A stretch of DNA of 64,000 nucleotides from positions 32,001 through 96,000 of IMG/VR virus record IMGVR_UViG_3300031722_000008. The stretch is one strand, 5' to 3'. The position numbers were made by a program, and so were the translations under genes. Shown one piece after another: positions 10,008-20,439 of the stretch (its first letter is position 1; each line of letters begins with the position of its first letter). The notes below the pieces were generated by a model. That model saw only the letters and a list, made by a program, of their open reading frames with translations. It was not told where the DNA came from and searched no databases. This DNA is from a virus.

Positions 10008-11591
10008 TTACAATACACCTTCCTCTTCGCCCATATTCGTTTTAAAAATTTTTGAACTTAAGTCATTAAACTTATCTCTTGCAGGCTGTAACTTATTTGA
10101 AATTGCCCTAATCTTATTCTTGGTATCACTTGCTATCATTGATGCCCTTGGCTTTGCAACCTGTAGTCCGTTTCTTATTCCTTCTTTAGCAATATCCAAA
10201 TCTCTTTGTGACATCGCTAAAAGTGGAAAGGGTGCATCAAAAAGAGTATCGAAAGCATTGTCCTTAACTATTTTAGTTACTTTTTGAACAACTGGAGATT
10301 CTCTTAATTTTTTTCCATACATTTTTCCTCCAGCAAATATTGCTTGTTTTTCTATTTCCTCTATATAGTATTCCTTAGATTTCTTCTCAAAGTTAGAAGA
10401 TTTTTTTCCTTTAAGCTGATTCATAATATGGCTTTCTGATACTTTAAATAGTTTTAATCCATATTCCTTTGCCATATCCTTAAAACTATTAAATTGTTCT
10501 TCAAAGACTATGTGTATATCTTTATTTGTAGTTATGCTCTCAATATCATTCTTATATCTTAGAGGCTTAAAATCACCTTTTATTTTGTACATCGAACAAG
10601 GTTTGTTTATATCTACATCACTAGTATATTTTAATACTGTGCCTGTGTAGTTGCTTTCCGTAGGAACTTTACTATCCTTAGTCAGTACATTGAATCTAGC
10701 AGTACCATCATTCCACTTTAATCCAAAAGCAGCAGAGAAAGAAGGATATTTAGACGCGAATAAAACATCTCCTTTGTTGTTTCCTGATGTATCTTCTGAT
10801 AATCTAAATTTCTTTATTCCTTGAACTGGTGAAGCATGATAATAAACATTTTCTCCAGCTTCTTTTTCAATACTATTATCATTATCCTCGCTAGCTGTGC
10901 TTTTGATGAAAGAAAACTTTCCTATAGCACCTTTTAATGTTGGTGCAGTAGCACATGCTCTATGAGTGTAGCAGAAGTATATAGTTTCTCCACTAGGCAT
11001 AAATGCTTTCGATATACCTAATTCTCCATTATTATACCAAACCGCCTTACCCTCTCTTACTATTTTCTTTTCATCAGAAGTTAAAGGTATTTGATATTTT
11101 TTAAGATCTTTCATTTTGTATCTTTTCTCGGCTACTTTATCAAATCCACTAAGTATCTCATTTGCTTTTTGTTCAATAAGTTCTTCTATGCTTTTTTCTG
11201 CTCCACCTGTGTATTTACCATAATATACAGGAACTTCTTTGATTCCTTTAAATTCGCAAGCTTCCTTTCTATGATGTCCATCAAGCAAAATAGAATGACC
11301 TTTTGTTTGAGGGGTAATTCCTTGGAATTTATCTACCACCATGAAAGGATTAATATTTCCAGGCTTTATAGTTTCTGCAATATTAAACACCTTTTCTTTA
11401 TTTACAGGTTTATCGATACCTTGTAGTTTATCTATCTTCATCATTTTCTTTTGCCATTTATAATTCTTTACAAGTTTTATTGCACCATCTTCATTAGGTG
11501 TCTTGTATTCATGGGAAGTAGCAATCATATAAGCTACTTCTCTATCAATGGAACCTTTCAGAAATGCCCTATCTATCTTCTCTAATTTCAT
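10008..11591 (-). CDS. Multi-module protein: ParB/Srx-like domain, small domain, ADP-ribosyltransferase-like domain and tail, separated by EKxA linkers
   Basis: ILLDGHHR (ParB/Srx) and YYHASPVQGIKKF...LFASK (ART-like). Linkers QKANEILSGFDKVA, IEKEAG and YYIEEIEKQA. Confidence 0.55.
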   Translation of the reverse strand: MKLEKIDRAFLKGSIDREVAYMIATSHEYKTPNEDGAIKLVKNYKWQKKMMKIDKLQGIDKPVNKEKVFNIAETIKPGNINPFMVVDKFQGITPQTKGHSILLDGHHRKEACEFKGIKEVPVYYGKYTGGAEKSIEELIEQKANEILSGFDKVAEKRYKMKDLKKYQIPLTSDEKKIVREGKAVWYNNGELGISKAFMPSGETIYFCYTHRACATAPTLKGAIGKFSFIKSTASEDNDNSIEKEAGENVYYHASPVQGIKKFRLSEDTSGNNKGDVLFASKYPSFSAAFGLKWNDGTARFNVLTKDSKVPTESNYTGTVLKYTSDVDINKPCSMYKIKGDFKPLRYKNDIESITTNKDIHIVFEEQFNSFKDMAKEYGLKLFKVSESHIMNQLKGKKSSNFEKKSKEYYIEEIEKQAIFAGGKMYGKKLRESPVVQKVTKIVKDNAFDTLFDAPFPLLAMSQRDLDIAKEGIRNGLQVAKPRASMIASDTKNKIRAISNKLQPARDKFNDLSSKIFKTNMGEEEGVL

Positions 11592-11611
11592 TGCGTTTCT
11601 CCTTTCATTTA

Positions 11612-12082
<471 letters not shown>

Positions 12083-12212
12083 TAATTTTCCTCCTATCAT
12101 ATAATTATCATAGGTTCATTATAACTTAATTTATTATTTTTTAAAAATAATAATAAATGGTATAAGATATTTGTAAATAGAACAAATAATAAAAGAAGGA
12201 AGGATGATTTAC

Positions 12213-12413
12213 ATGATAAACAAAATTAAGGAAAAAGTAGGGAAAGCAGGATTAATTGGAGGAGCAGCAATAGTAGTAGCAGGAATAGCAACAGGAGCAA
12301 TAACATTTATGGCAAGAAAAGACAAAAAGGATATAATAAACAAAATTAAAGAAAACAATGAAAAAGTTGAAGAGAAAGTTGAAAATGAAGAAGATCAATC
12401 AGAAACTAAATAA
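12213..12413 (+). CDS. Small single-pass membrane protein (cassette family)
   Basis: AGLIGGAAIVVAGIATGAITF, downstream of the motif at 12160. Confidence 0.65.
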   Translation: MINKIKEKVGKAGLIGGAAIVVAGIATGAITFMARKDKKDIINKIKENNEKVEEKVENEEDQSETK

Positions 12414-12495
12414 AGAATAATTTGGAAGAAATATATTAAGAATAAAGATGAAAATCTTTATTCTTTTTGTTCTCAAAAAAGAAAGGATGATATCG

Positions 12496-12942
12496 ATGAT
12501 CAATAAAGAAAAATTAACAGTGTATGGTATACTAGGAGGATTAACAATTATATCAGGAACAATAGGTGGAGCATTAACTGCTGTTATAATGACAAAAAGC
12601 AATAGAGCAAATAAAAAGGCTATAGCAGTAAATGAAAATAAGAATGAAATATTTAAGAATGAGATCTATGAATCATTAAATAAATATAGTGCTGACTTCG
12701 AGAGCAGTATTGAAATACTAGCTAAGTCAAATGATGTAATAGAAGAATCTATCACTAGAGCGAAAGATACAATAACAAAAGTAGCAGAAGCTGAAAATAA
12801 AGCTACAGAAAATATATCCAATGAATTAAAGAAAATAACTAATGATTCTATCATTAAAATACAGCAAGAAGGAAATCGAATTTTCGCTGAAACAAATGAA
12901 CACTTTGAAAAAAATAAACAAAAATATTGGGAAGAAAAATAA
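12496..12942 (+). CDS. Membrane-anchored coiled-coil protein (cassette family)
   Basis: VYGILGGLTIISGTIGGALTAVI followed by a coiled coil. Terminator at 12942-12975. Confidence 0.65.
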   Translation: MINKEKLTVYGILGGLTIISGTIGGALTAVIMTKSNRANKKAIAVNENKNEIFKNEIYESLNKYSADFESSIEILAKSNDVIEESITRAKDTITKVAEAENKATENISNELKKITNDSIIKIQQEGNRIFAETNEHFEKNKQKYWEEK

Positions 12943-12973
12943 ATAATAGCTGGGGTTCTGCCCCAGCTATTAT

Positions 12974-13654
12974 TTAATAGAAACTATTTATTTCATTTTT
13001 TCCTCTTTCAATATCATCATATAATCTACTTCTGTCATGATCAACATCATGAAGATCATCTCTTCTCTCTTGTGGCGCTTCTTTAGGCATTACACCACAC
13101 ATTGCTCCACATTGAGGGCATCTACCATCCTCACTATCAGGCTTTCCTGCATAGCCACATTGTTCACAATTAATATCACCCATATACCCCGAAAGCTTTA
13201 GTAGTGCTTGTTTCTCTATTTTATTTTTATAGTATTCTTTTTTTTCATCTTCTTCTGTTACGGAATTTACCATTCTTCTTTTCTCATCTTCATTTGGACT
13301 TTCTTGAACTTCCTTTTCCTCATCAGTCATCTTATTATCTTCGTCATGAGGAATTTCCATATCTGCTTTTTTGAATACCCCAAGAGCAGCAGAACCTAAT
13401 TTCTTAGCGGCACTAACACCTGGACCTGCTGCTAATCCACCAAGAGCTAATCCACCCATAACTCCACCAGCTATATTTCCAGCCTTTTCATCCGGAGAAG
13501 CACCAGGATTAGCTTCATTAGCTGATACACCCTTCATTGAGCCGATTCCAGCCCCAAGCAATGCTCCGCCAGTTGTTCTACCTAGAAATTTACCTACTTG
13601 AGCAAATCCAGCAGTTTTAAGTATTTCTTCACTTAAATTATTTATTTCATTCAT
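12974..13654 (-). CDS. Tagged two-module protein: glycine zipper plus Zn ribbon
   Basis: EEILKTAG and internal YYKNKIEKQA, followed by CEQC...CPQC. Confidence 0.6.
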   Translation of the reverse strand: MNEINNLSEEILKTAGFAQVGKFLGRTTGGALLGAGIGSMKGVSANEANPGASPDEKAGNIAGGVMGGLALGGLAAGPGVSAAKKLGSAALGVFKKADMEIPHDEDNKMTDEEKEVQESPNEDEKRRMVNSVTEEDEKKEYYKNKIEKQALLKLSGYMGDINCEQCGYAGKPDSEDGRCPQCGAMCGVMPKEAPQERRDDLHDVDHDRSRLYDDIERGKNEINSFY

Positions 13655-13723
13655 AACAATCGAACCTCCTTTATTAGTATAATTATATGATAAAAATAAT
13701 TCTTTGGAAAGGAAAGTGATTAT

Positions 13724-14236
13724 ATGTCAAGAATATCATTCTCTAGATGGGCTATGAATATAGCTGAGGAAACAAAAAGAAGAAGTACTTGTTGTTCCAG
13801 AAAAGTAGGTGCAATAATAGTAAAAGATAAAAACCTTATATCTACAGGATATAATGGCGCACCAAGTGGAGCAACTCACTGTACAGATATTGGTTACTGC
13901 AAAAGGAGAGAGATGGGATTTAAGTCAGGGGAGGGATTGGAGTTTTGTAGAGCTGGTCATGCTGAATCAAATGCAATAGATCAATGTGCAAAACATGGAA
14001 ATAGTTGTGATGGAGCAACTATGTATGTTACTACGCAACCATGTGTGTTTTGCACAATAAGACTCATTCAGGCAGGAATAAAAAAGGTTATATTTAAAGG
14101 AGAATATCCAACCAAACTAGCAAAGGAATTAGCTGATGAAAGTGGATTGGAATTTATTAAATATGGGGAGGACGTTTCGTACGAATTTTTGCCAGCTGAT
14201 AAAAATGCAGTAGTCCATCCTCTTAAGATTGATTAA
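13724..14236 (+). CDS. dCMP deaminase (ComEB-like)
   Basis: RSTC..RKVGA, STGYNG, HAESNA and PCVFC motifs. Confidence 0.9.
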   Translation: MSRISFSRWAMNIAEETKRRSTCCSRKVGAIIVKDKNLISTGYNGAPSGATHCTDIGYCKRREMGFKSGEGLEFCRAGHAESNAIDQCAKHGNSCDGATMYVTTQPCVFCTIRLIQAGIKKVIFKGEYPTKLAKELADESGLEFIKYGEDVSYEFLPADKNAVVHPLKID

Positions 14237-14286
14237 AACTTAATCAATCCACTATAAAATGGTATAAGATATTAAAGAGAAAGAAA

Positions 14287-14353
14287 TAAATTATAGCTCA
14301 GTTGGTTAGAGCGGTCTATATGACATGTCGTAGGTTCAAGTCCTACTGATTTA
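14287..14353 (+). ncRNA. tRNA-like RNA with truncated anticodon arm and extended acceptor stem
   Basis: TAGCTCAGTTGGTTAGAGC D arm, GTAGG-TTCAAGT-CCTAC T arm, acceptor TAAATTA/TGATTTA. Anticodon arm reduced to GTC-TATAT-GAC. No CCA. Confidence 0.7.
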
Positions 14354-14424
14354 TTTTTCTTTAATTTTTTATAGATTGGAGGTATACTAAATGAAAGATT
14401 AAAATTATGGGGGTATGAATAACT

Positions 14425-15042
14425 ATGAATACAAACATGGAAGTAATACTAAGAGAGCTAAGAAAAATGTTTATCGAATTTAATATCAAATATTTTGATG
14501 GGCAACTAAAAGAACCTATGATTGTGGTTCAAACTCATGGACAAAAGAAAAGTACATTAGGTTGGTGTTCAGTTCATCAGATATGGAGTGGAGAAAACGA
14601 GGACGAAAAAGAGTATGAAATTACAATGTGTGCAGAATACTTAAACAGAACCTTTCATGAACTTTGCGGAACAATGCAACATGAGATGGTTCATCTCTAT
14701 AATATTTATAACAATATCCAAGACGTCAATGCTAATGGAAAAACACATAATACAAAATTCAGAGATGCAGCAGAATCAAGAGGATTACACATAGAAAGAG
14801 CAGATAAAATTGGTTGGTCAGTAACAACACTAACTGATTCTATGCGAGAGTTTGTTGATTCTTTGGATATTGATAAGTCGGTGTTTTCATGGAAAAGAAC
14901 TAATTTTGTTGCTCCGAAGAAAACTAGAAAGCCATCGACTAAACTCAAATACGTGTGTCCTGATTGTGGAGCAAGCTTTGAGAGTAAAAAAGAAATCAAG
15001 GCTATATGTACAGATTGTGATACAATATTTAATCAAGCATAA
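14425..15042 (+). CDS. SprT-like zinc metalloprotease
   Basis: FN..YF, HEMVH, H...F motif, C-terminal CPDC/CTDC. Confidence 0.8.
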   Translation: MNTNMEVILRELRKMFIEFNIKYFDGQLKEPMIVVQTHGQKKSTLGWCSVHQIWSGENEDEKEYEITMCAEYLNRTFHELCGTMQHEMVHLYNIYNNIQDVNANGKTHNTKFRDAAESRGLHIERADKIGWSVTTLTDSMREFVDSLDIDKSVFSWKRTNFVAPKKTRKPSTKLKYVCPDCGASFESKKEIKAICTDCDTIFNQA

Positions 15043-15100
15043 TTAAAACAGTCATCAGAAATTGATGACTGTTTTTTATTTGAAAGGAATGAGATAATTC

Positions 15101-15721
15101 ATGAAGATAACAAAAAATACAATGCAAGAAAGTTTAGATAAAGCCCTAGAAATATTTTCGAAAAACGTAATAAAACCTAACTGTTCAGTCATAATAAAAT
15201 ATATCAATGACGAAGATTTCATAGCAAGTGCAAAGGATACACAATTCAATTCTATGCTAATTAATTCTAAATTCTACGAAGATTTCGATAAGGAATATAA
15301 AAGTTTTGCAGCAGTCTATCCGATGGACAAAACTCAAATAATTAAACTTATGGGATTACCTTATCGAATATCAATATCTTTAGACAGAGCCAAAAGAGTG
15401 CTTTCTAAAGAAAGCACTAAAAATACAAAGGAATATCTTTTACATGTTTTCTTCCATGAATTAACACATTTATTTGAGGACGAAATAAAAGATAAATACA
15501 GTGAATGCTATGATATAATTTCAAACAAATATAATAGTGAAAATCATATAAATGAAATGCTTGCAGAAACATTTTCTTATAAATATACTGACCATGTACG
15601 TTGCGATGAAATGGAGAAGAGATTGAATTACAAATTATATAAAAGGCTTAATAATCAGAGAATAAATATAGTGCATCATGATGATGAGAAAGAAATGACG
15701 GAATACATGAAATATATTTAA
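15101..15721 (+). CDS. Zincin-like (HExxH) protein
   Basis: FFHELTHL...EMLAETF. Confidence 0.55.
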   Translation: MKITKNTMQESLDKALEIFSKNVIKPNCSVIIKYINDEDFIASAKDTQFNSMLINSKFYEDFDKEYKSFAAVYPMDKTQIIKLMGLPYRISISLDRAKRVLSKESTKNTKEYLLHVFFHELTHLFEDEIKDKYSECYDIISNKYNSENHINEMLAETFSYKYTDHVRCDEMEKRLNYKLYKRLNNQRINIVHHDDEKEMTEYMKYI

Positions 15722-16029
15722 TTAATTTCAATGTTCCATCTAGCCTCAAAAGGCTTCTTTGTTTCTTTGATACCTTTTATATTTTTTGTTTTGAATCTCC
15801 TAATTTCATTTTTTGTAGTATCGAACCCCCAAAAATCATCACCTGAAAGTTTGTAGGGTTCAACCAATCTTTTTGTTTTAGTACCTTTTTTGTCTTTGTA
15901 AGATATCTCTAAGAGATTTTTATTGAGACCACAATTTTTAATTTTGTTGATTCTTTTATCATTCATAGTTAATTCTTGTGCCTGTTTTTCAATATAATCC
16001 TTATATTTATTTCTAAGATGAATATTCAT
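15718..16029 (-). CDS. Stand-alone WYL-domain protein with YKDYIEKQA tag
   Basis: LEISYKDKKGTKTKRLVEPYKL...GFD....IRRFK..NI matches the WYL pattern. Confidence 0.7.
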   Translation of the reverse strand: MNIHLRNKYKDYIEKQAQELTMNDKRINKIKNCGLNKNLLEISYKDKKGTKTKRLVEPYKLSGDDFWGFDTTKNEIRRFKTKNIKGIKETKKPFEARWNIEIN

Positions 16030-16098
16030 TAATATCAACTCCTTGATTCTTATTTTAATCAAGGAGTTGATTAGTATCAATAAGAAAGAGGGAGATTT

Positions 16099-16437
16099 AT
16101 GAAAATAATTAATTTAGTAGCACATAATATAAATGTATTAAACAAAGATGGCAAAGAAATAATAATTCCTCCTAGTGGGAAAATAGTAAGAGTAGAATTT
16201 GTTCAAGAAGAAATTAATAATGTAGATAATTTTTCTATCTTTAAGAAAAGTTATAACAATGTAAAGTTTCCTATTGATATAGAAAGTGATAAATTCTACA
16301 TCGTCAGTAGAGAGGTGCTTAAAGCTCTACAAGAGCAAGATTATCCTATGGTTAATAACTTTATGTCTCCGAACACAACGAAGGCTAAGAAAGACGAGAA
16401 TGGGGTTATTTTAAACGTTAGGGGCTTTACTGTATAA
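16099..16437 (+). CDS. Hypothetical phage protein
   Basis: ORF with GAGGGAG RBS. Confidence 0.6.
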   Translation: MKIINLVAHNINVLNKDGKEIIIPPSGKIVRVEFVQEEINNVDNFSIFKKSYNNVKFPIDIESDKFYIVSREVLKALQEQDYPMVNNFMSPNTTKAKKDENGVILNVRGFTV

Positions 16438-16468
16438 GATATTAAAAAGAAGAAAGAGAGTGATAGTA

Positions 16469-16867
16469 ATGAAAATGACAGAAAATAACAAAAACAAAAA
16501 AATATTAAAGGGATTAATTAAAGAGTACAAATCAATGACAAAAAAATATGAAAAGGAGAGATTTGCTCATCCAGGATTAAAAAATGATATAAATCAATTA
16601 GGAAATGATATATTGGAATTAAATTCAAAAATAAAACATAACAGTATTATTGTAAATATAGAAAAAAGAAAAACAATTAAAGAGTGTGACAAGAAGATAG
16701 ACAATATGGTATTGGATTACAAAGCAATGAATAAATCATTAGATAAGTATGAAAAAGAAGGTAGTGAATTTAGTAAGAAAAAAGCAGATAAGTTAAAAAT
16801 TAAAATTAAGAAAATAGAAAAAGATATTTTAAGAATAAATGAAGAAAAAGAATTAGCAGCAAAATAA
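16469..16867 (+). CDS. Lys-rich coiled-coil protein (cassette gene)
   Basis: Motif at 16432 with leader. Purine-rich. Hairpin downstream. Confidence 0.6.
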   Translation: MKMTENNKNKKILKGLIKEYKSMTKKYEKERFAHPGLKNDINQLGNDILELNSKIKHNSIIVNIEKRKTIKECDKKIDNMVLDYKAMNKSLDKYEKEGSEFSKKKADKLKIKIKKIEKDILRINEEKELAAK

Positions 16868-16923
16868 ATTAGGGGAACAGCAATGTTCCTTATTTTTTGC
16901 TTTAATATGAGGGGGAGATTAAA

Positions 16924-18614
16924 ATGTCAAAATATATTTATCAAACAGTTCAAGAAAATGAATATCTAGATGTATATAGGATAACTGAGGGAGTACTCTT
17001 AAAAGTTTACAAAGTTAGAGCAATAGAAGGAGTTTATTTTATTGACATAAATAAGAGAAAAATGGAGAAGATATCTAAAGATATATATAAGCTCAAAGAA
17101 AAGAACAGTGTCTACGGAACTATTCTAGAAGCTGGAACTATAGTACTTGAAAATGTACCAGTAAAAATAACGGAATTAAAGAATTATAGATATGAAATAA
17201 AAACAACAGGAAACTCATTAGGAGGCTCTGCAATTAATTTCTCTAGGTACTTAGATACAATTAATCATCTAATAAATAAAACTCAAAATCCGAGCCAATA
17301 TGAATGGGAGAATGGAAATCCTGAATACATGCAGGGAGGACAAAAATGAAGAAAGTTATCATAATAGGCGTTGCAAGTGTAGGCTTCGAGGGGAGAGCTT
17401 TTTTACTTGAAGCTATAGCGAATGGGGAACTTGTAATTCCGGCTGAGAAACCTGTAAAGAAAGAGGATATGATACTTAACACTATGGATAGATTTGAAGT
17501 AATGGATGATTTTGATTTTAAGAAGATAGGTAACGAGGTAGGCAAGGCTAACAAGAAAGGTAAGTCAATTAAAAATTGGAATAAGAATAAATTTTGGCAA
17601 GGGTGATATGATGGCAGTGTGTAATAATTTTTTTGATGGAATGAGAATAGCTAATTTTGGAAACATTTCATTACATGGATTAGAGGTAATAGAAAACGTA
17701 CAACTTACTGATGGATTCTTAGAATACCCATCTAAAAGAAATAAGAACAAAAGGATACAAAAGAAATGGATCAAGAAATATGGATATAAACGCAAGCCAA
17801 TCCCAAATAAAAATATCTATATTTTTGAGAATAAGATATTGATGGCACATCCAGCAATTATTAAGAAAATGATGAAAGGAATGAATAAGGTTGAGAAAAG
17901 TACAGGAATCAATAACAAAAATATTTAAAGATTTTAAGTCCTTAAATAATCTTGATTTAAATAGTGAAAGGCACGAAGTAATAGAAGTATTGAATTTATT
18001 GGAAAAAGATATATCAAAAACAAAGGAAATGATAAATAATCAAGAAGGAGATTTTAAGCAATATTTAGAGTGCATGGCTTGCGGACACAAAAGCGTTCCA
18101 ATTAAGAGTGATTGTTTTGTTCTTCAGATGAGTAAATGTGAAGATTGCAATATAGAATTTTCTGTTAGGATGTTTAAAAGTGGTAGATTTAGAATGAGGA
18201 ATATGGGGGTAAAAAATGAGCGAAGTTCGTGAATCATTAGAAAAGAAAAAGAATAAAAAGGTTCTATTGGATAGAGAAATCATAAATACAATGCTTAGAG
18301 CTATCACTAAAGATGAAGATGTAGTAAGGAGATGGAACAACAAATGCAGATCAATTAAACAAAAACAGAAATCTATAAGGCGAATTGATAGACATATTCG
18401 TAGATTGGAAAAACTAGCAAAACCATTTTAGGGAGGAATTAATATGTCTGATAACAAGAAAAATCCTATCATTGGAGAAACTATCAGTGATGTCCATTAT
18501 GGCAATCCTATGATTATAGAATTTGAGAGTGGAGATAAAATAGAAATGGAATTTTGCAGAGTAGATGGAGAAAACACTGCTCTTACGAAATATATAAAAA
18601 AAGAAAATAAATAA
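16924..18614 (+). other. Run of six small hypothetical genes (16924-17349, 17346-17606, 17608-17928, 17891-18232, 18216-18431, 18444-18614)
   Basis: Abutting ORFs with RBSs. 17891-18232 has CxxC...CxxC. Ends at a terminator at 18614-18650. Confidence 0.6.
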
Positions 18615-18771
18615 AATAATAGCGTGGCGATAAGCCACGCTATTATTTTTCGAGGTGCTACTTCATAAAATCCCTCACATAATCGATATAGTTTCAGTTT
18701 ACCATGCAGATTGTTATCTGACAAAGATATCAATTATTTTTACTTGTGGGCTGCAACGGCCACAAGCGAAG

Positions 18772-18890
18772 TCTTTTTTGTAGGGTTCGAACCCACTAAA
18801 CAGTATCATTCTTCACTATACAAATGCACCGTTTTTTCGCCGAGGTCAAGGATTAGAAGTCCTAGCCTATACCGGAGAGAACTAAAGCAA
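18772..18890 (-). pseudogene. Degenerate tRNA-like element
   Basis: T arm GTGGG-TTCGAAC-CCTAC and a separate AGGA-CTTCTAA-TCCT anticodon-like arm (TCT) about 55 nt apart. No clean cloverleaf. Confidence 0.35.
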
Positions 18891-18933
18891 AAGTACACGA
18901 ATGCTGATATGAGAAACCCACTGTTTCTGCCAC

Positions 18934-19009
18934 TGGCCAAGGGAGCAAGGTTCGAACTTGCGCATACATATTCTAAGAATACAGCTCTACCACATTAAGC
19001 TATCCCCTG
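18934..19009 (-). tRNA. Atypical tRNA with an ambiguous anticodon (TAG in a weak stem, or TTA in an alternative fold)
   Basis: CAGGGGA/TCCCTTG acceptor, G73, CCA, good D and T arms. The short variable loop is unlike normal tRNA-Leu. Confidence 0.6.
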
Positions 19010-19127
19010 AAAATCTTTTTTGGTATCCATTGCGGTATTTCCGCTAGTCCAATACCTGTATGATAAATCATACTAAATGTCACGATTTGAGCATGTCGTG
19101 AAATGACAGAGGCTTGTGAGGCTCTTT

Positions 19128-19222
19128 TGGCGGAGCGACAGAGATTCGAACTCTGGCATCGGTGACTAACCGACCTAGCAGTTTTCAAGACTGCCCCCTT
19201 ATAGCCACTTGGGTATCGCTCC
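19128..19222 (-). tRNA. tRNA-Ser(TGA)
   Basis: GCAGT-CT-TGA-AA-ACTGC, long variable arm, G73, CCA. Confidence 0.92.
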
Positions 19223-19231
19223 ATATGTACG

Positions 19232-19344
19232 ACCAGTGAGGGATTTGAACCGCCTACTCAAATTTAAATCTTTAAATAACCCAATCCGGAAAAGTTAAGT
19301 TAGTGTTTTAAATCGTGCTTTAACCAAACATAAGCTACACTGGG
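19232..19344 (-). ncRNA. tRNA-like RNA with about 40 nt inserted in the anticodon arm
   Basis: CCAGTG/CACTGG acceptor, TAGCTTA..GGTTAAAGC D arm, GGTTCAAATCC T loop. Extended arm GATTTAAA...TTTAAATT with inner TAACTTAA/TTGGGTTA. Confidence 0.6.
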
Positions 19345-19569
19345 CATGTAAGAGTAAATTAATACTCTAAATATAATACTAGGCTTGCAGAAGTTAACAA
19401 TACTGCAAGATGATGCCTTACTAATCTCGCCTTTATTCGCAAAACTAGGTTTACCTACTTCTTTCTTCTCATACTTCCTAATATTCTATTTACAATATTA
19501 ATTTTATGCCCCACATCATCTTAGCATTTTTAAGTATAAACTTAAAACATTGAATCAGCAGAGCAAGCA

Positions 19570-19717
19570 GAGAATAAGAGGATTCGAACCTCCAATGGAT
19601 TTCCCATGTATAATTTCAACACAGCCAGATTATGAATCATCTGACAAGCTAATCTTATCAGTTTAGTACAAAGCACTAAACTGACTTAGCAGCGTATGCC
19701 CATTCCGCCATATTCTC
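19570..19717 (-). ncRNA. tRNA-scaffolded RNA with extra hairpins
   Basis: GAGAATA/TATTCTC acceptor, Leu-like D arm TGGCGGAATGGGCATACGC, GCTAA/TTAGC stem holding a 10-bp hairpin, 2-3 extra arms, GGAGG-TTCGAAT-CCTCT T arm. Confidence 0.65.
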
Positions 19718-19896
19718 TGTACTTAGTCCCAACCTACTAAGTGATGAGCTCCTCATGAACTCTCCGAAATTTTCTCCTATTTAGGTACCTAACGGTGGAA
19801 ACTCATGACCTCTTGCGGTGCAGTACTACACATATTTACCAAGATCACTTATTCTCTTTAAGTCGAGGAGACATAATTTCTGAAACCTTTTGACTT

Positions 19897-19969
19897 TGGT
19901 GGACGATTGAGGATTCGAACCTCCGACTTTCAGACCAGCTGACACGCTTTACCCTTAAGCTATTCGCCC
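19897..19969 (-). tRNA. tRNA-like gene with a 5-nt anticodon loop (CTGGT; possibly Thr-GGT derived)
   Basis: D and T arms and ACCA present. Anticodon arm TCAG-CTGGT-CTGA. Confidence 0.55.
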
Positions 19970-20118
19970 ATATTAAATCCAGTCTTTCCTGGAAGTCACC
20001 TAAAATACTGATTACTCGACAATGGTTATGCCGTTATAACTCCGTATCAGCTTGGAGAGTTTCCTTATACACATCGTAGCCAATCCTAACCGCAAAAGCG
20101 CGGTGTGTACGGATTTAT

Positions 20119-20205
20119 TGGTGGAGCGAGTAGGACTTGAACCTACAATGAGCGAACTCAACAGATTTACAGTCTGCCTGCCTTTTCCAATTTGCATATC
20201 TCTCC
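20119..20205 (-). tRNA. tRNA-Tyr(GTA)
   Basis: GCAGA-CT-GTA-AA-TCTGT, variable arm, A73, CCA. Confidence 0.9.
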
Positions 20206-20266
20206 ATAGTGAGAGTTTCTAATTATTTGACCTAGCCCGGAAACTCAATAAGGTAAATGGCTATTT

Positions 20267-20355
20267 TGGCGGAGAAGAAAGGACTCGAACCTCCATGCCG
20301 ATTTCTCGACAATAGCTTAGCAAGCTATCGTGGCTACCAATTTCACCACTTCTCC
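20267..20355 (-). tRNA. tRNA-Ser(GCT)
   Basis: ATAGC-TT-GCT-AA-GCTAT, variable arm, G73, CCA. Confidence 0.9.
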
Positions 20356-20439
20356 AAGTTGTTTCTAATTATTTTCGTAACTTCTTTTCGTCGTTACTTT
20401 CTAAGCCTAGAAACCTTTCAAATATGGCTCGTATTGTAT

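Noticed and set aside
19232-19717. Group I introns in tRNA anticodon loops
   Set aside because: The inserts are only tens of nt, far too short for a self-splicing core, and no clean anticodon is restored by removing them.
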